Positions 1-9,335 of a DNA stretch of 64,000 bases are shown piece by piece (within the stretch, counting starts at the first letter, position 1; each line of letters opens with the position of its first letter). The notes beneath the pieces are model-generated. The model searched no databases and was not told the DNA's origin. It saw only the letters and a program-made list of their open reading frames with translations. The stretch comes from an uncultured Candidatus Saccharibacteria bacterium (GTDB lineage Bacteria > Patescibacteriota > Saccharimonadia > Saccharimonadales > CAZICT01), in contig CAZICT010000001.1 of the NCBI GenBank assembly GCA_964537935.1, positions 200,228-264,227 on the forward strand. Direction: 5' to 3'. A program made the position numbers and the translations under genes.

Positions 1-283
1 ATATCCGCTGCCAAGTCGTATTATATTTCTTTGCGATATCGATCAGCGTTTCTCCGTCATCAACGATATGCTTTTTTGGGCTTGGAGCCGGAGCCGGCTG
101 TTCGGCAATCTGTTTCTTTTCTATGGTCTTTTCAACGAGTTCCAACATTTTGAACTCATCATTAAGGCTTATTGAATCACCAAGTAGTGTGTGATTCAGT
201 GTCTCAGCGCTTACGCGCTCTGAGCTTGTGGCCAATATGGCTGCACATACAAATACACCCGCCAAAACTGCGGTTATACGCAT
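1..283 (-). CDS. LysM-domain secreted/cell-wall protein (3' end beyond window edge)
   Basis: Manual translation from ATG at 283: MRITAVLAGVFVCAAILA...KKHIVDDGETLIDIAKKYNTTWQRI. Signal-like N-terminus, LysM start motif, SD AGGAGG at 293-299. Confidence 0.75.
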   Translation of the reverse strand, partial: MRITAVLAGVFVCAAILATSSERVSAETLNHTLLGDSISLNDEFKMLELVEKTIEKKQIAEQPAPAPSPKKHIVDDGETLIDIAKKYNTTWQRI

Positions 284-389
284 GTATTTAAACCCTCCTA
301 AAACAATTACTAATTAAATCAGTATTACCATAAACGGTATTACTGGTATGTGCTTTTCCACCTCACATGAAGAAAAGTCACGATGATTA

Positions 390-417
390 ATCATACACGT
401 AATAAATTTCATGTCAA
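390..417 (-). promoter_or_regulatory. sigma70 promoter for the LysM gene
   Basis: TTGACA (412-417), 16 nt, TATGAT (390-395) on the minus strand. Confidence 0.6.
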
Positions 418-492
418 GCCTTGTCCCTTTAAATAATGTCTAGCCTCAATTTATAAGGGTCGGGCGAACAATTGTCTGTTATTATGTAATCC

Positions 493-936
493 ATGTCGAA
501 AAAGCCGATTTCTATAAAAATAAAACGCTTTGATACTGATTTGCCAATGCCCAAAAAACACTCTTCCAAAGCCGCTTGTTTTGATCTTTATGCTCGCCTG
601 GAAACAGTGATTGAGCCGGGGGATATAGGGTATATTCCGCTCAATGTAGCAATTCAAGTGCCTGATGATTACTGGGTGATGGTGGCGGCTCGCAGCTCGC
701 TTCATAAGCACGGTTTGTGGTTGGCTAATGGTATAGGCATCGGCGATGCGGACTTCAGCGGCGATGATGACGAATACAAATTAGCTGTTTATAACTTTAT
801 TGATACGCCCGTGACCATAGAAAAGGGTGATCGTATCGCCCAAATGATGGTTTTGCCGGTTCTCGAACTTGATGTAGAAGAAGTGGCTTCATTCAATAAG
901 CCTTCACGTGGTGGTTTTGGTTCAACCGGCAAATAG
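493..936 (+). CDS. dut: dUTP diphosphatase
   Basis: Trimeric dUTPase motifs ACFDL, RSS, GIGDADF, RIAQ, RGGFGSTG. Confidence 0.93.
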   Translation: MSKKPISIKIKRFDTDLPMPKKHSSKAACFDLYARLETVIEPGDIGYIPLNVAIQVPDDYWVMVAARSSLHKHGLWLANGIGIGDADFSGDDDEYKLAVYNFIDTPVTIEKGDRIAQMMVLPVLELDVEEVASFNKPSRGGFGSTGK

Positions 937-958
937 AATAGCTGTAATAGGGTTGGGG

Positions 959-2149
959 CTAATACCGCATTGTGGCTGCAACTAGCGCCCGGCCAGGTGC
1001 CTTAGATTCGATAATATTCAATATCTTGCTGCCATTTCTCCAGGCCTGTTGAGCAATATAGTCAATAGCTTGACTGATTTTATCGGCCGGAAAGATAATC
1101 TTCATCACTTGTTCGGTATTGTCACGTACCGTATCGGTCGTTTTTCTTGTTAACGCAAGCAGGAGAGTGCCAGCACGACCCGATTCGGCCGCATCTTTAA
1201 TATTAGCGAACTGAGTGGTAGCCCGATCAGGATCTTCTCCTTGAAGGCGTTCGAAATCTTCTATAGCTTTTTGATGACGAATTTCAATTACTTCCTCGTG
1301 AAGTATGGCCTGGGTTTGATGATGGAGTTCAGCGGTATTGCTTTCAGTAAAATTACCACGAGCAAAAGCCTTTAGTATGTTTCCGTGCTTAGACAGTGAC
1401 TTGAATTCGCTAACTTCAGCCTCAACACCAGCCAGAATTAGAGGCAGAGAAGTATCGATGTGCTTATTCATCATTGCGTCAAGAATACGGAGGTATTGCT
1501 CTTTTTCTGCATTTCCGCTGTCTTTACCAGCACCATGACCGTGAAACATAGCCTCACTACCGCCCGAAGGACCGCGCATTCCAGCCCGCACACTCATTCC
1601 TGCGCCGCTATGAAACTGAATAGATTTTGTATGCATTTCATCTACATTCAAAGCCTCGCTTACACTTTTAGGCAGCTCTGCATCCATAAGCTCCAGGCCG
1701 TAACTGTCACCACGGTATAAACGTGGGTTTTTAAGTGATACCAGCAGTACATAATATGGCTGCATATCTTCACACAGACCGTATATTGGTGCCAGGTGAA
1801 AATGGTCATCAACCGCAACATATTCATCGCTATCAACCGGCAGATGAGTTACCTCGAACATATCCGGCCGGGCAGTAAGGATAAACGACTGGCTCAAATT
1901 TTCCCAAAATAATTTATCATTCAATAAAGCCTCGCACTGATCTTTGAAATATTTATTAAAAGGGTTGTGTTTGTCACGATTATTAAGTGTTTCGAGTGCT
2001 TTATTCATCAGATTCTTAAAGCGTGTCTGGTCTTCGTGCATATTTGGCGGAGTTGCTACTTTGTGCGAAGGCACATACATCGTTACGGCGGGACCTCCGG
2101 TTGCATTTTCTAAAAGTGAGGTAATCCGCTCTGATGATAATTTATTCAT
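959..2149 (-). CDS. Bacterial archaeo-eukaryotic release factor-like protein (baeRF3-type)
   Basis: AVTMYVPSH, RFKNLM, VDDHFHLAP, FHGHG, LPLILAG, AAESGR pattern typical of baeRF3. Confidence 0.75.
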   Translation of the reverse strand: MNKLSSERITSLLENATGGPAVTMYVPSHKVATPPNMHEDQTRFKNLMNKALETLNNRDKHNPFNKYFKDQCEALLNDKLFWENLSQSFILTARPDMFEVTHLPVDSDEYVAVDDHFHLAPIYGLCEDMQPYYVLLVSLKNPRLYRGDSYGLELMDAELPKSVSEALNVDEMHTKSIQFHSGAGMSVRAGMRGPSGGSEAMFHGHGAGKDSGNAEKEQYLRILDAMMNKHIDTSLPLILAGVEAEVSEFKSLSKHGNILKAFARGNFTESNTAELHHQTQAILHEEVIEIRHQKAIEDFERLQGEDPDRATTQFANIKDAAESGRAGTLLLALTRKTTDTVRDNTEQVMKIIFPADKISQAIDYIAQQAWRNGSKILNIIESKAPGRALVAATMRY

Positions 2150-2232
2150 GTATTACTCCTTTATTTGTTACAGTTTTAGCGTAGAGCACATTTGGTGCCA
2201 TGGCAGTAAAGTAACTAACAAATCGACCTATA

Positions 2233-2853
2233 GTGATGAATATAGACAACTTGCTTGCAAGATATCCGTTAATAACGGATCAAATTAACCATAAAGAGCT
2301 GCGTATAATATTGAGCCAGCTTGAACTGGCGCTTAAAGAAGCTCAGGGAAGTGTCGTGGAGTTTGGCTGCTACACCGGAACAACATCTTTGTTCATTCAA
2401 AGATTACTGGTAGCCGGCGACGTCAAAAGGGAGTTTCATGTTTACGATTCGTTCGAAGGTCTACCGGCAAAAAGTGAAGCCGATAAAAGTCCGGCCGGAG
2501 AGCAGTTCACCACTGGCAAGCTAAAGGCCAGTAAACAGGAGTTTGTCAGACAATTTAAAAAAGCCTCTTTGCCGCTGCCGATAATCCATAAAGGCTGGTT
2601 TGATACTCTGTCAGCGGCTGATGTACCTAGCCAGATAGCCTTCGCTTTTTTGGATGGTGATTATTACGATTCAATAAAAACGAGCCTGGCTTTAGTTGCG
2701 GAGAAATTAACTCCTGGAGCCCGCATAGTCGTAGACGACTACATGTCAGAAGCCCTGCCAGGAGCCAAAAAAGCCGTGGACGAGTGGTGCAATTCAAGAG
2801 GTTTGACACCTCAAGCAGTCGCTAGCCTTGCTATCATAAAAACCGCTATCTAG
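2233..2853 (+). CDS. TylF/MycF/NovP-family O-methyltransferase
   Basis: VVEFGCYTG, YDSFEGLP, KGWF, FLDGDYYDS, VDDY motifs. Confidence 0.85.
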   Translation: MMNIDNLLARYPLITDQINHKELRIILSQLELALKEAQGSVVEFGCYTGTTSLFIQRLLVAGDVKREFHVYDSFEGLPAKSEADKSPAGEQFTTGKLKASKQEFVRQFKKASLPLPIIHKGWFDTLSAADVPSQIAFAFLDGDYYDSIKTSLALVAEKLTPGARIVVDDYMSEALPGAKKAVDEWCNSRGLTPQAVASLAIIKTAI

Positions 2854-2862
2854 AATTTATTA

Positions 2863-3324
2863 TTAGCGGTGATGGTAAGGATGGCCGTTTGCAATCGCCA
2901 GTGCACGGTAAAGCTGTTCAGCCACTAATAATCTTGCGATTTCGTGCGGAAAAACAAGTTTTGACAAAGACCAGACGGTATCAGCCCGCCTACGCACCAT
3001 ATCATCAACCCCATAAGCTCCGCCTATCACGAACGTCACTTCCGGCCTTATACTTCGCCAAGTCTCAAGTTTTGCGGAAAATTCTTCTGAGCTCCATTCA
3101 GTTCCACGCTCGTCGAGCAGCACAACCCAAGTGGAATCGGACAACAATTGAAGTATTTTGTGAGCTTCTTCGGCTTTTGCTGAAGCAGAATCTTTACGTT
3201 TTAAATTAGCCACAGCCCGAAAACTAAAATTACTCCATCGCTGGAGGCGTGTAATGTAAGTTTCGTATTCTTTATGTAAACCGTCTGTGAGTTCGCCTCC
3301 AACAGCGATAAGACTTATCTTCAT
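2863..3324 (-). CDS. rlmH: 23S rRNA m3Psi1915 methyltransferase RlmH
   Basis: LDERG, FVIGGAYG, SLSKLVFPHE, EQLYRA, GHPYH. Start moved to MKISLIAVG (3324). Confidence 0.93.
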   Translation of the reverse strand: MKISLIAVGGELTDGLHKEYETYITRLQRWSNFSFRAVANLKRKDSASAKAEEAHKILQLLSDSTWVVLLDERGTEWSSEEFSAKLETWRSIRPEVTFVIGGAYGVDDMVRRRADTVWSLSKLVFPHEIARLLVAEQLYRALAIANGHPYHHR

Positions 3325-3433
3325 AGCCATAACAGTGTAGCAAATACAGCATTTGTGAAGTATCTCATAGTTTATAATCAAAAACTTCTTTGTAATAAAC
3401 AGTGTTAATAGTTAAGAGTTAACTAAGGAGGTT

Positions 3434-3703
3434 GTGATGATACTAAACATAATTGCGTGGATTATTTTGGGTGGTGTAGCAGGATGGATTGCCTCAATGA
3501 TCATGGGCACCGATGCCGAACAGGGAATTGGCGGTAATATTGTGGTAGGTATAATCGGCGCGTTCATTGGCGGCATGATATCACGGATGCTGGGCGGTGG
3601 AGATTTCAACGCCTTTAGTCTGAGCGGTCTTCTGCTTGCAATACTGGGATCAGTTATCCTGCTGTTCTTTGTCAAGATGTTCTCAAGAACACCGAACGCC
3701 TGA
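3434..3703 (+). CDS. GlsB/YeaQ/YmgE transglycosylase-associated membrane protein
   Basis: IIAWIILGGVAGWIASMIM...NIVVGIIGAFIGG; SD AAGGAGG upstream. Confidence 0.88.
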   Translation: MMILNIIAWIILGGVAGWIASMIMGTDAEQGIGGNIVVGIIGAFIGGMISRMLGGGDFNAFSLSGLLLAILGSVILLFFVKMFSRTPNA

Positions 3704-3864
3704 TATAACAGGTGTCATTAAACTAAATATAGCCTGACACAAGGCAGAAAGCGTGGCCGCAAATGATTGGCAGATTATTTTCAAGAAGAAAGAGAGACAA
3801 GTATAAAGAGTACGAGGATTGGCGCTGGTACGAAGACCCTTATAAGTCTGTTTTATAGAGGTTA

Positions 3865-5094
3865 TTAGTCACGCCTGAGGGCTACTACCGGATCTTTACG
3901 GGCAGCCCTCAGCGCCGGTGCAGCTCCGAATATAATCCCGACCAGCACACTAACACCGGTAGCAATAACTATTACCGGCGGTGTAATTACCGGCTGGAGA
4001 TCAGTAAAGATTCGCAGCAGATAATTAGCCAAGCCTGAACATATGATACCGATAATCCCGCCGGCGAGGCTTAGTACGACCGCTTCAATAACGAATTGAC
4101 CGAGGATTTGCTGATTGGTTGCTCCGATAGCTTTTCGGATACCGACTTCCTCGGTACGTTCAGTAACTGATACCAGCATAATGTTCATTATTCCTATGCC
4201 GCCTACAATCAGTGAGACTGCCGCCACACCGGCGATCAAAGCTGTGAGAAGATCAAGAATTGTATTAGCTACGGCCAGGTTTTCCTCTTGGCGCAAAACA
4301 GTAAAATTCTGTTGACCAGCCCTGGTTTGCAGCAAAGTATCTTTGACCGATTCGGCAAGAGCGTACGTTTTGCTGTCATCTTTTGGAAGAGCGAGTATCT
4401 GATAAATTTGCAACTCGCTGTCTGTCAGTGACTTGGATGCTTCATAGGGAATAAATACTGCGTTGTTATAGTCAACCGTCGGAGTAAGCGGGCTGGTAAC
4501 GAATTCTTCGAATACACCACGAACCATAAAGCTGGTACCGCGGATTTCCATACTTTTGCCAATTGGCACATTTTCTTTGAAAACTCTTTCAGCAATCCTT
4601 TTACCAATCACCGCGACCGGCCGGCTGCTGTCGACTTCATCGAAAAACGTTCCATATTCAAGTTCTTGATTTAAGAGTTTTGGTGCATTAGGCACCGTAC
4701 CGATAATAAATGCATCCGTGTATGTGGTTTCGTCATAAACCAGGGCACTATTCACCAGATTGAAGGGAGCCGCTTGGCTGGCTTGAGGCAATTTGGCGAT
4801 CATTTGCCAATCTTTTTCATTAAGATTACCGGCGTTGACAACATTGAGCAGATTATATCCGGTGATATTGCCGTCGCTGTCACGATTGACCGCCTTGCCG
4901 GGACGGACGGTAATTAAGTTTGGACCCATTTGGTTAATTTGTCTTAACACTTCTTGCTTTGCACCTTCTCCAATGCTGACCGTAGTCACTACGCTAGTAA
5001 CACCGATGATAATTCCCAGCATTGTCATAAAACTGCGCCACTTTGCACTCTTAAGCGATGCTAACGCCATTTTGAAGTTTATTTTCCACATCAT
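3865..5094 (-). CDS. ABC transporter permease, MacB/FtsX family
   Basis: RSFMTMLGIIIGV and SLIVGGIGIMNIMLVSVTERTEEVGIRKAIGA motifs. Confidence 0.92.
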   Translation of the reverse strand: MMWKINFKMALASLKSAKWRSFMTMLGIIIGVTSVVTTVSIGEGAKQEVLRQINQMGPNLITVRPGKAVNRDSDGNITGYNLLNVVNAGNLNEKDWQMIAKLPQASQAAPFNLVNSALVYDETTYTDAFIIGTVPNAPKLLNQELEYGTFFDEVDSSRPVAVIGKRIAERVFKENVPIGKSMEIRGTSFMVRGVFEEFVTSPLTPTVDYNNAVFIPYEASKSLTDSELQIYQILALPKDDSKTYALAESVKDTLLQTRAGQQNFTVLRQEENLAVANTILDLLTALIAGVAAVSLIVGGIGIMNIMLVSVTERTEEVGIRKAIGATNQQILGQFVIEAVVLSLAGGIIGIICSGLANYLLRIFTDLQPVITPPVIVIATGVSVLVGIIFGAAPALRAARKDPVVALRRD

Positions 5095-5984
5095 GACTTG
5101 GATTTATCCTTCTTTTTTTGACGTTGCGAATACTTCTTAGGCTTTGTCGTTTTCTTCTTGCTGCGTTTTTTACTGCCAGATTTCGGTTTGGGCTCGTCCT
5201 GGATTGCCTGCATTAGGGTCGACACGCCTGCCAGGTCATCTTCCACGGTAGTACGGGGAGCAAAATACATGCTGCGGCGCAGCCTTTCGTGAATTTCGCC
5301 AACTTCTGATTTTTCATCGGCAATTATTTCACCGTCATGCATAAATACCACCCGAGAAGCATAGCGTGTAAGCTCAGGGTTGTGAGTAACCATCAGGATG
5401 GTGTTGCCAGCCTTATGGACATCGCTTAACAGCTCCATAACCAATCGCGACGACACGCTGTCAAGGTTACCCGTCGGCTCATCGGCAATTACAATGTGCG
5501 GATTATTTACCAATGCCCGGGCAATCGCCACTCGTTGGGCCTGTCCGCCACTTAACTGACGAGGATAGAAATACTCTCTGTCCGCAAGCCCAACACGCTC
5601 CATCATTTCGGCTGCCCGTTTCAGGCGCCGTGTTTGCGTCATTCCTTTGTAGGCGAGGGGAAGGGCTACATTCTCCAAAGCCGTCAGTTTAGGTAATAGA
5701 TGGAAAGACTGAAATACAAAGCCAACCGTATCGCGGCGGACCTTAGCACTCCTTCGAGCCCTCAAACGCGAAACATCACGGCCGTTTAGCTTGTAAGCGC
5801 CGTGTGTCGGCCGGTCAAGAACGCCAATAACATTAAGGAGCGTCGATTTACCAGAACCGCTCGGGCCCATAATCGCCACAAACTCACCATGTTCAATAGT
5901 GAGGTTAACCTCGTCCAACGCAACCGTCGTGGCGTCACCGAAGCCGTATAGCTTACTTACTTCTTCCAGTTCAATAATTGCCAT
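5091..5984 (-). CDS. ABC transporter ATP-binding protein (MacB/LolD-like) with Lys-rich tail
   Basis: Walker A GPSGSGKS, LSGGQAQR, ADEPTGNLD, H-loop VTHN. Confidence 0.93.
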   Translation of the reverse strand: MAIIELEEVSKLYGFGDATTVALDEVNLTIEHGEFVAIMGPSGSGKSTLLNVIGVLDRPTHGAYKLNGRDVSRLRARRSAKVRRDTVGFVFQSFHLLPKLTALENVALPLAYKGMTQTRRLKRAAEMMERVGLADREYFYPRQLSGGQAQRVAIARALVNNPHIVIADEPTGNLDSVSSRLVMELLSDVHKAGNTILMVTHNPELTRYASRVVFMHDGEIIADEKSEVGEIHERLRRSMYFAPRTTVEDDLAGVSTLMQAIQDEPKPKSGSKKRSKKKTTKPKKYSQRQKKKDKSKS

Positions 5985-6066
5985 TCATAATAGTGTACCC
6001 CTGTTTTATAAAAAAGTTCAAGGTGTTAATTGTAGTAATTTTAGGTATAGTAAAATAGGCAAGCAT

Positions 6067-6102
6067 GGAGGGGTGCAGGAGTGGTTGAACTGGCACGCCT
6101 GG
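6067..6102 (+). pseudogene. 5' half of a tRNA-Ser(GGA) interrupted in the anticodon loop
   Basis: GGAGGGG-TG-CAG-GAGTGGTTGAA-CTG-G-CACGC-CT-GG aligns with the 5' half of the intact tRNA at 6406, with a compensatory D-stem (CAG/CTG vs TCC/GGA). Confidence 0.8.
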
Positions 6103-6137
6103 CCACCGCCTAAAGGCGGGGTCCCGCCACAGGCGGG
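6103..6137. repeat. Twin GC-rich REP-like hairpins
   Basis: CCGCC-TAAA-GGCGG and CCCGCC-ACA-GGCGGG placed directly after the tRNA half. Confidence 0.7.
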
Positions 6138-6159
6138 AAAAGTGTATATTAATAATCAA

Positions 6160-6402
6160 ATGTTTACCGTTTATATACTGCAGAGTGAACGCAATCAGAA
6201 ATACTATATCGGACATACGGCAGATATAAACCAGAGGTTAAAAAGCCATAATTTAGGCCATACGAAATCGACCAAGGCTTTTAGGCCGTGGAAAATCATT
6301 TATACTGAATCTGTGCCGTCTAGACAGTTAGCGTATAAAAGAGAACAACAAATAAAGAAATATAAGGGCGGTCGAGCATTTAAGGAATTGATCCAGTTGT
6401 AA
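6160..6402 (+). CDS. Small stand-alone GIY-YIG nuclease (80 aa)
   Basis: MFTVYILQS...[15 protein letters not shown]...STK..RPWKIIY.E...AYKREQQIK; true start at ATG 6160. Confidence 0.9.
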   Translation: MFTVYILQSERNQKYYIGHTADINQRLKSHNLGHTKSTKAFRPWKIIYTESVPSRQLAYKREQQIKKYKGGRAFKELIQL

Positions 6403-6405
6403 GTT

Positions 6406-6495
6406 GGAAGGGTGTCCGAGTGGTTGAAGGAGCACGCTTGGAAAGCGTGTGTATGGGCAACTGTACCGTGGGTTCGAATCCCATCCCTTCCGCCA
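6406..6495 (+). tRNA. tRNA-Ser(GGA)
   Basis: Full cloverleaf with long variable arm, anticodon GGA at 6440-6442, TTCGAAT T-loop, encoded CCA. Confidence 0.95.
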
Positions 6496-6879
6496 GGTAT
6501 ATTGACTATTTTTTTAACTCAGGATAATAATTATCGTTCGTTAATGAATACATAAAAACGAGTCCGTTCCTAAAAAGTGCGACAGAAGCACAGCTACGCG
6601 CCATTAGGGCGGCGGAGTGGCTTGACCCGGATGATTCCTTAAAGATAGTTGCAGAAATATACTCTGATGTTCTGGAACACGACAACCCGCTATCCGAAGA
6701 CACACTTTCTGCTGTTGCTAAAAACATTTTTGTTGCAGTATGGAGCCGTGTTTCAACCGATAGAGAGTTTCCGGCGCGCGGACCGATTCCTGACGCCGCT
6801 TTGGATTTACGTGATGAGCTGAGGCCTAAGGGAGCTGGTCTTGAATGGCTTCCTGACGAAGTAATTTTTGTCTGAGAGA

Positions 6880-7587
6880 TTATTTTACGAGCGTACCGAC
6901 AGGATTGCCTGAAACGATCTTCACAATATTATCGGGTTCGGTTGAGTTAAAGACGATAACCGGCATATCCTGCTCCATGGCAAGCCCCAACGCTGCCTTA
7001 TCCATAACTTTTATGGCGCCGTTTTCTACTGCTTCTTGGTAAGTTACGTCTGACAACTTTACTGCATCGGTGTGCTTGTGCGGGTCTTTGTCGTAAACTC
7101 CGTCAACTTTTGTGGCCTTTAGTACCACTTCGCAATCAAGCTCAAGCGCCAGGGCAACCGCTGCAGTGTCATGGGTAAAATATGGCCTTCCCAGGCCGCC
7201 GGCAATGATAATTACTCGACCGCGCTGGAGGTGTTTCTCTGCCAAACGATAAGAGAATGATTCGGCAACCTGAGTCGCAAAAATATTACTCATACAACGG
7301 GTTTGCACATCATTGGCTTCAAAAATATCAGTCAACGCCATCGAATTAATCAAACCGCTGAGCATACCCATCTGATCGGCAGTAACCCGACGAATACCGT
7401 GCCCGGCAACTTCGGCACCGCGAACCATGTTTCCGCCGCCGACTACAATTACAACTTCGCAGCCTTTGTCGGCTATTTTTTTGATTTCTTGAGCGAGATA
7501 TTTCCCGACTTCCGGGTCAACACCCACTTCGTGCTTTCCGGCTAGTTGTTCTCCGGAAAACTTAACTAAAATTCGTTTGTATTTCAT
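6880..7587 (-). CDS. pyrH: Uridylate kinase
   Basis: KRILVKFSGE, VVGGGN, ADQMGML, PYFTHDTAA, KVDGVYDKDP, VMDKAA. Confidence 0.95.
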   Translation of the reverse strand: MKYKRILVKFSGEQLAGKHEVGVDPEVGKYLAQEIKKIADKGCEVVIVVGGGNMVRGAEVAGHGIRRVTADQMGMLSGLINSMALTDIFEANDVQTRCMSNIFATQVAESFSYRLAEKHLQRGRVIIIAGGLGRPYFTHDTAAVALALELDCEVVLKATKVDGVYDKDPHKHTDAVKLSDVTYQEAVENGAIKVMDKAALGLAMEQDMPVIVFNSTEPDNIVKIVSGNPVGTLVK

Positions 7588-7643
7588 CAAAGACCTCCTC
7601 CCAGAATAACAAAAAACCCAAAATCCACGCTATACTTGATGGC

Positions 7644-8441
7644 ATGAAGATATATTCCTGGAATATAAACGGCATTCGAGCCGTTCTAAGAAAAGGTGCG
7701 CTACAGTCTTTTATAGCCGAACATCAGCCGGACATCCTGTGCCTGCAAGAAACAAAAGCTCAACAAGGACAAGCAGAAGTAGATTTTCCGGATTACATCG
7801 AATATTGGAATTCCGCTGAACGCAAAGGCTATTCCGGGACGGCAATCTTTACCAAAATAAAGCCTCTGGCCGTTATCAATGGTTTGCCGGAAGATATTTT
7901 GGATGAATTCAAATTAACAGCTGATGATTACGGCGATCCAAATAAAGAAGGCCGGGTTATAACCGCAGAATACGACAAATACTATGTCGTAACGGTCTAC
8001 ACGCCTAATGCAAAGGATGATTTGACGCGTGTTCCGCTTAGGCACAAACATTGGGATCCGGCATTTTTGGCGTACTGCAAGCAGTTAGAACGTAAAAAAC
8101 CGGTTATTTTCTGTGGCGACCTGAACGTAGCACATACTCCTGATGATCTTGCAAACGACAAGGCAAATATCGGGAAAAAAGGATTTACATTCGAAGAGCG
8201 GGAAGGCTTTCAAAATTTTATAGACGCCGGTTTTGTCGACACGTTCCGTATGTTCAAACAGGGAAAAGGCTACTACACGTGGTGGAGCCATTTTGCCAAA
8301 GCACGTGAACGCAATGTCGGCTGGCGGATTGATTATTTCCTTGTATCAGGAAGCTTGAAGAACAATATAAAAGCCGCCGAAATCCATCCGGAAGTTATGG
8401 GTTCAGACCATTGCCCGGTAAGCATTGAGATAAATACCTAG
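7644..8441 (+). CDS. xth: Exodeoxyribonuclease III (AP endonuclease)
   Basis: SWNINGIRA, LCLQETK, GDLNVAH, YTWWS, GWRIDYFL, GSDHCP. Confidence 0.95.
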   Translation: MKIYSWNINGIRAVLRKGALQSFIAEHQPDILCLQETKAQQGQAEVDFPDYIEYWNSAERKGYSGTAIFTKIKPLAVINGLPEDILDEFKLTADDYGDPNKEGRVITAEYDKYYVVTVYTPNAKDDLTRVPLRHKHWDPAFLAYCKQLERKKPVIFCGDLNVAHTPDDLANDKANIGKKGFTFEEREGFQNFIDAGFVDTFRMFKQGKGYYTWWSHFAKARERNVGWRIDYFLVSGSLKNNIKAAEIHPEVMGSDHCPVSIEINT

Positions 8442-8502
8442 CCTTTTAAAAAACAAGCATTAGTAGAATAAATACTGGTACAGATTTAAGGTATAATTAA
8501 GT

Positions 8503-9318
8503 ATGCATTACCCGGGTTTATCAATCAAAGACGAGGCATCAACGCCATTAGAAGAGCTATTGGCAGTTGATATAGCGCGCACCGAACTGACGATAGGCGA
8601 TCATGAAGAGTTCGGGTGCGCTCCAGGGGTTTTGAAAGTTTCTAAGCAGCTGGGCTCTGCGTGTCTTGAGAGAAGATTTAAGTCATATGACAAAGCAGAG
8701 AGTCTTATCGATCTCGCAGAAGGTCTTACGCAAAAAATCGCTCCTACCCTCAGCCGTCTGGAACAGCATCGACTGGAGCAGCAAAAAGCTTTGTACGATA
8801 TATCAGGCTCAAATGGGGACTTTGCACATAATAGAATTACACGCTATGAGACAACCATGCACTCAATTCAGCGATCCATCACTGAGGTGTTTCGTCCTAT
8901 CAAAGAAACAGAAAGAACGGATTGGTTCGGTTTTTTGAATGAAGAGACTACGATTGCTCTAATAAACCGCCTTTGCCATCCTTGGATTGCTGCTATAAGA
9001 GCACCGATACACCATGACATGAGAAGATATGACAGACGTCAAAACTATGACGTGCTGGTTGCAGTTAGCAGTCCAGAAGAAGGCTCATCAAGGACGGCGC
9101 GCCTGCAGGTAAAATCCAGAAAAGATAAGAATGAACAGTCGTATGACGAAGATATTAAGATAATTTACGCCAACCTGCTATACGACCATTGGATAAATGG
9201 CGAAAAAGCAAGGCTAAAAACCGCTATTTTGCTTCAAAAAGAATTTCAGGGAAAAGCATCTCCTGAAGAAATTGAGCAGCTTGATGCGATTACAAGGGAA
9301 TTGATTTGGGATCTTTAG
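8503..9318 (+). CDS. Hypothetical protein, possible PD-(D/E)XK nuclease-like C-terminal domain
   Basis: 271-aa ORF; NYDVLVAV...RLQVKS resembles a D...(E/Q)xK motif. Confidence 0.45.
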   Translation: MHYPGLSIKDEASTPLEELLAVDIARTELTIGDHEEFGCAPGVLKVSKQLGSACLERRFKSYDKAESLIDLAEGLTQKIAPTLSRLEQHRLEQQKALYDISGSNGDFAHNRITRYETTMHSIQRSITEVFRPIKETERTDWFGFLNEETTIALINRLCHPWIAAIRAPIHHDMRRYDRRQNYDVLVAVSSPEEGSSRTARLQVKSRKDKNEQSYDEDIKIIYANLLYDHWINGEKARLKTAILLQKEFQGKASPEEIEQLDAITRELIWDL

Positions 9319-9335
9319 TTTTTATCTGACATAAT

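Noticed and set aside
5899-6159. N-terminal extension of the GIY-YIG ORF (167-aa call)
   Set aside because: It runs antisense over the ABC ATPase start and through the tRNA half and hairpins; the domain begins at ATG 6160.
6103-6441. Group I intron in the tRNA-Ser anticodon loop
   Set aside because: No room or visible P/Q/R/S core outside the ORF, and the insert contains a second tRNA 5' half.
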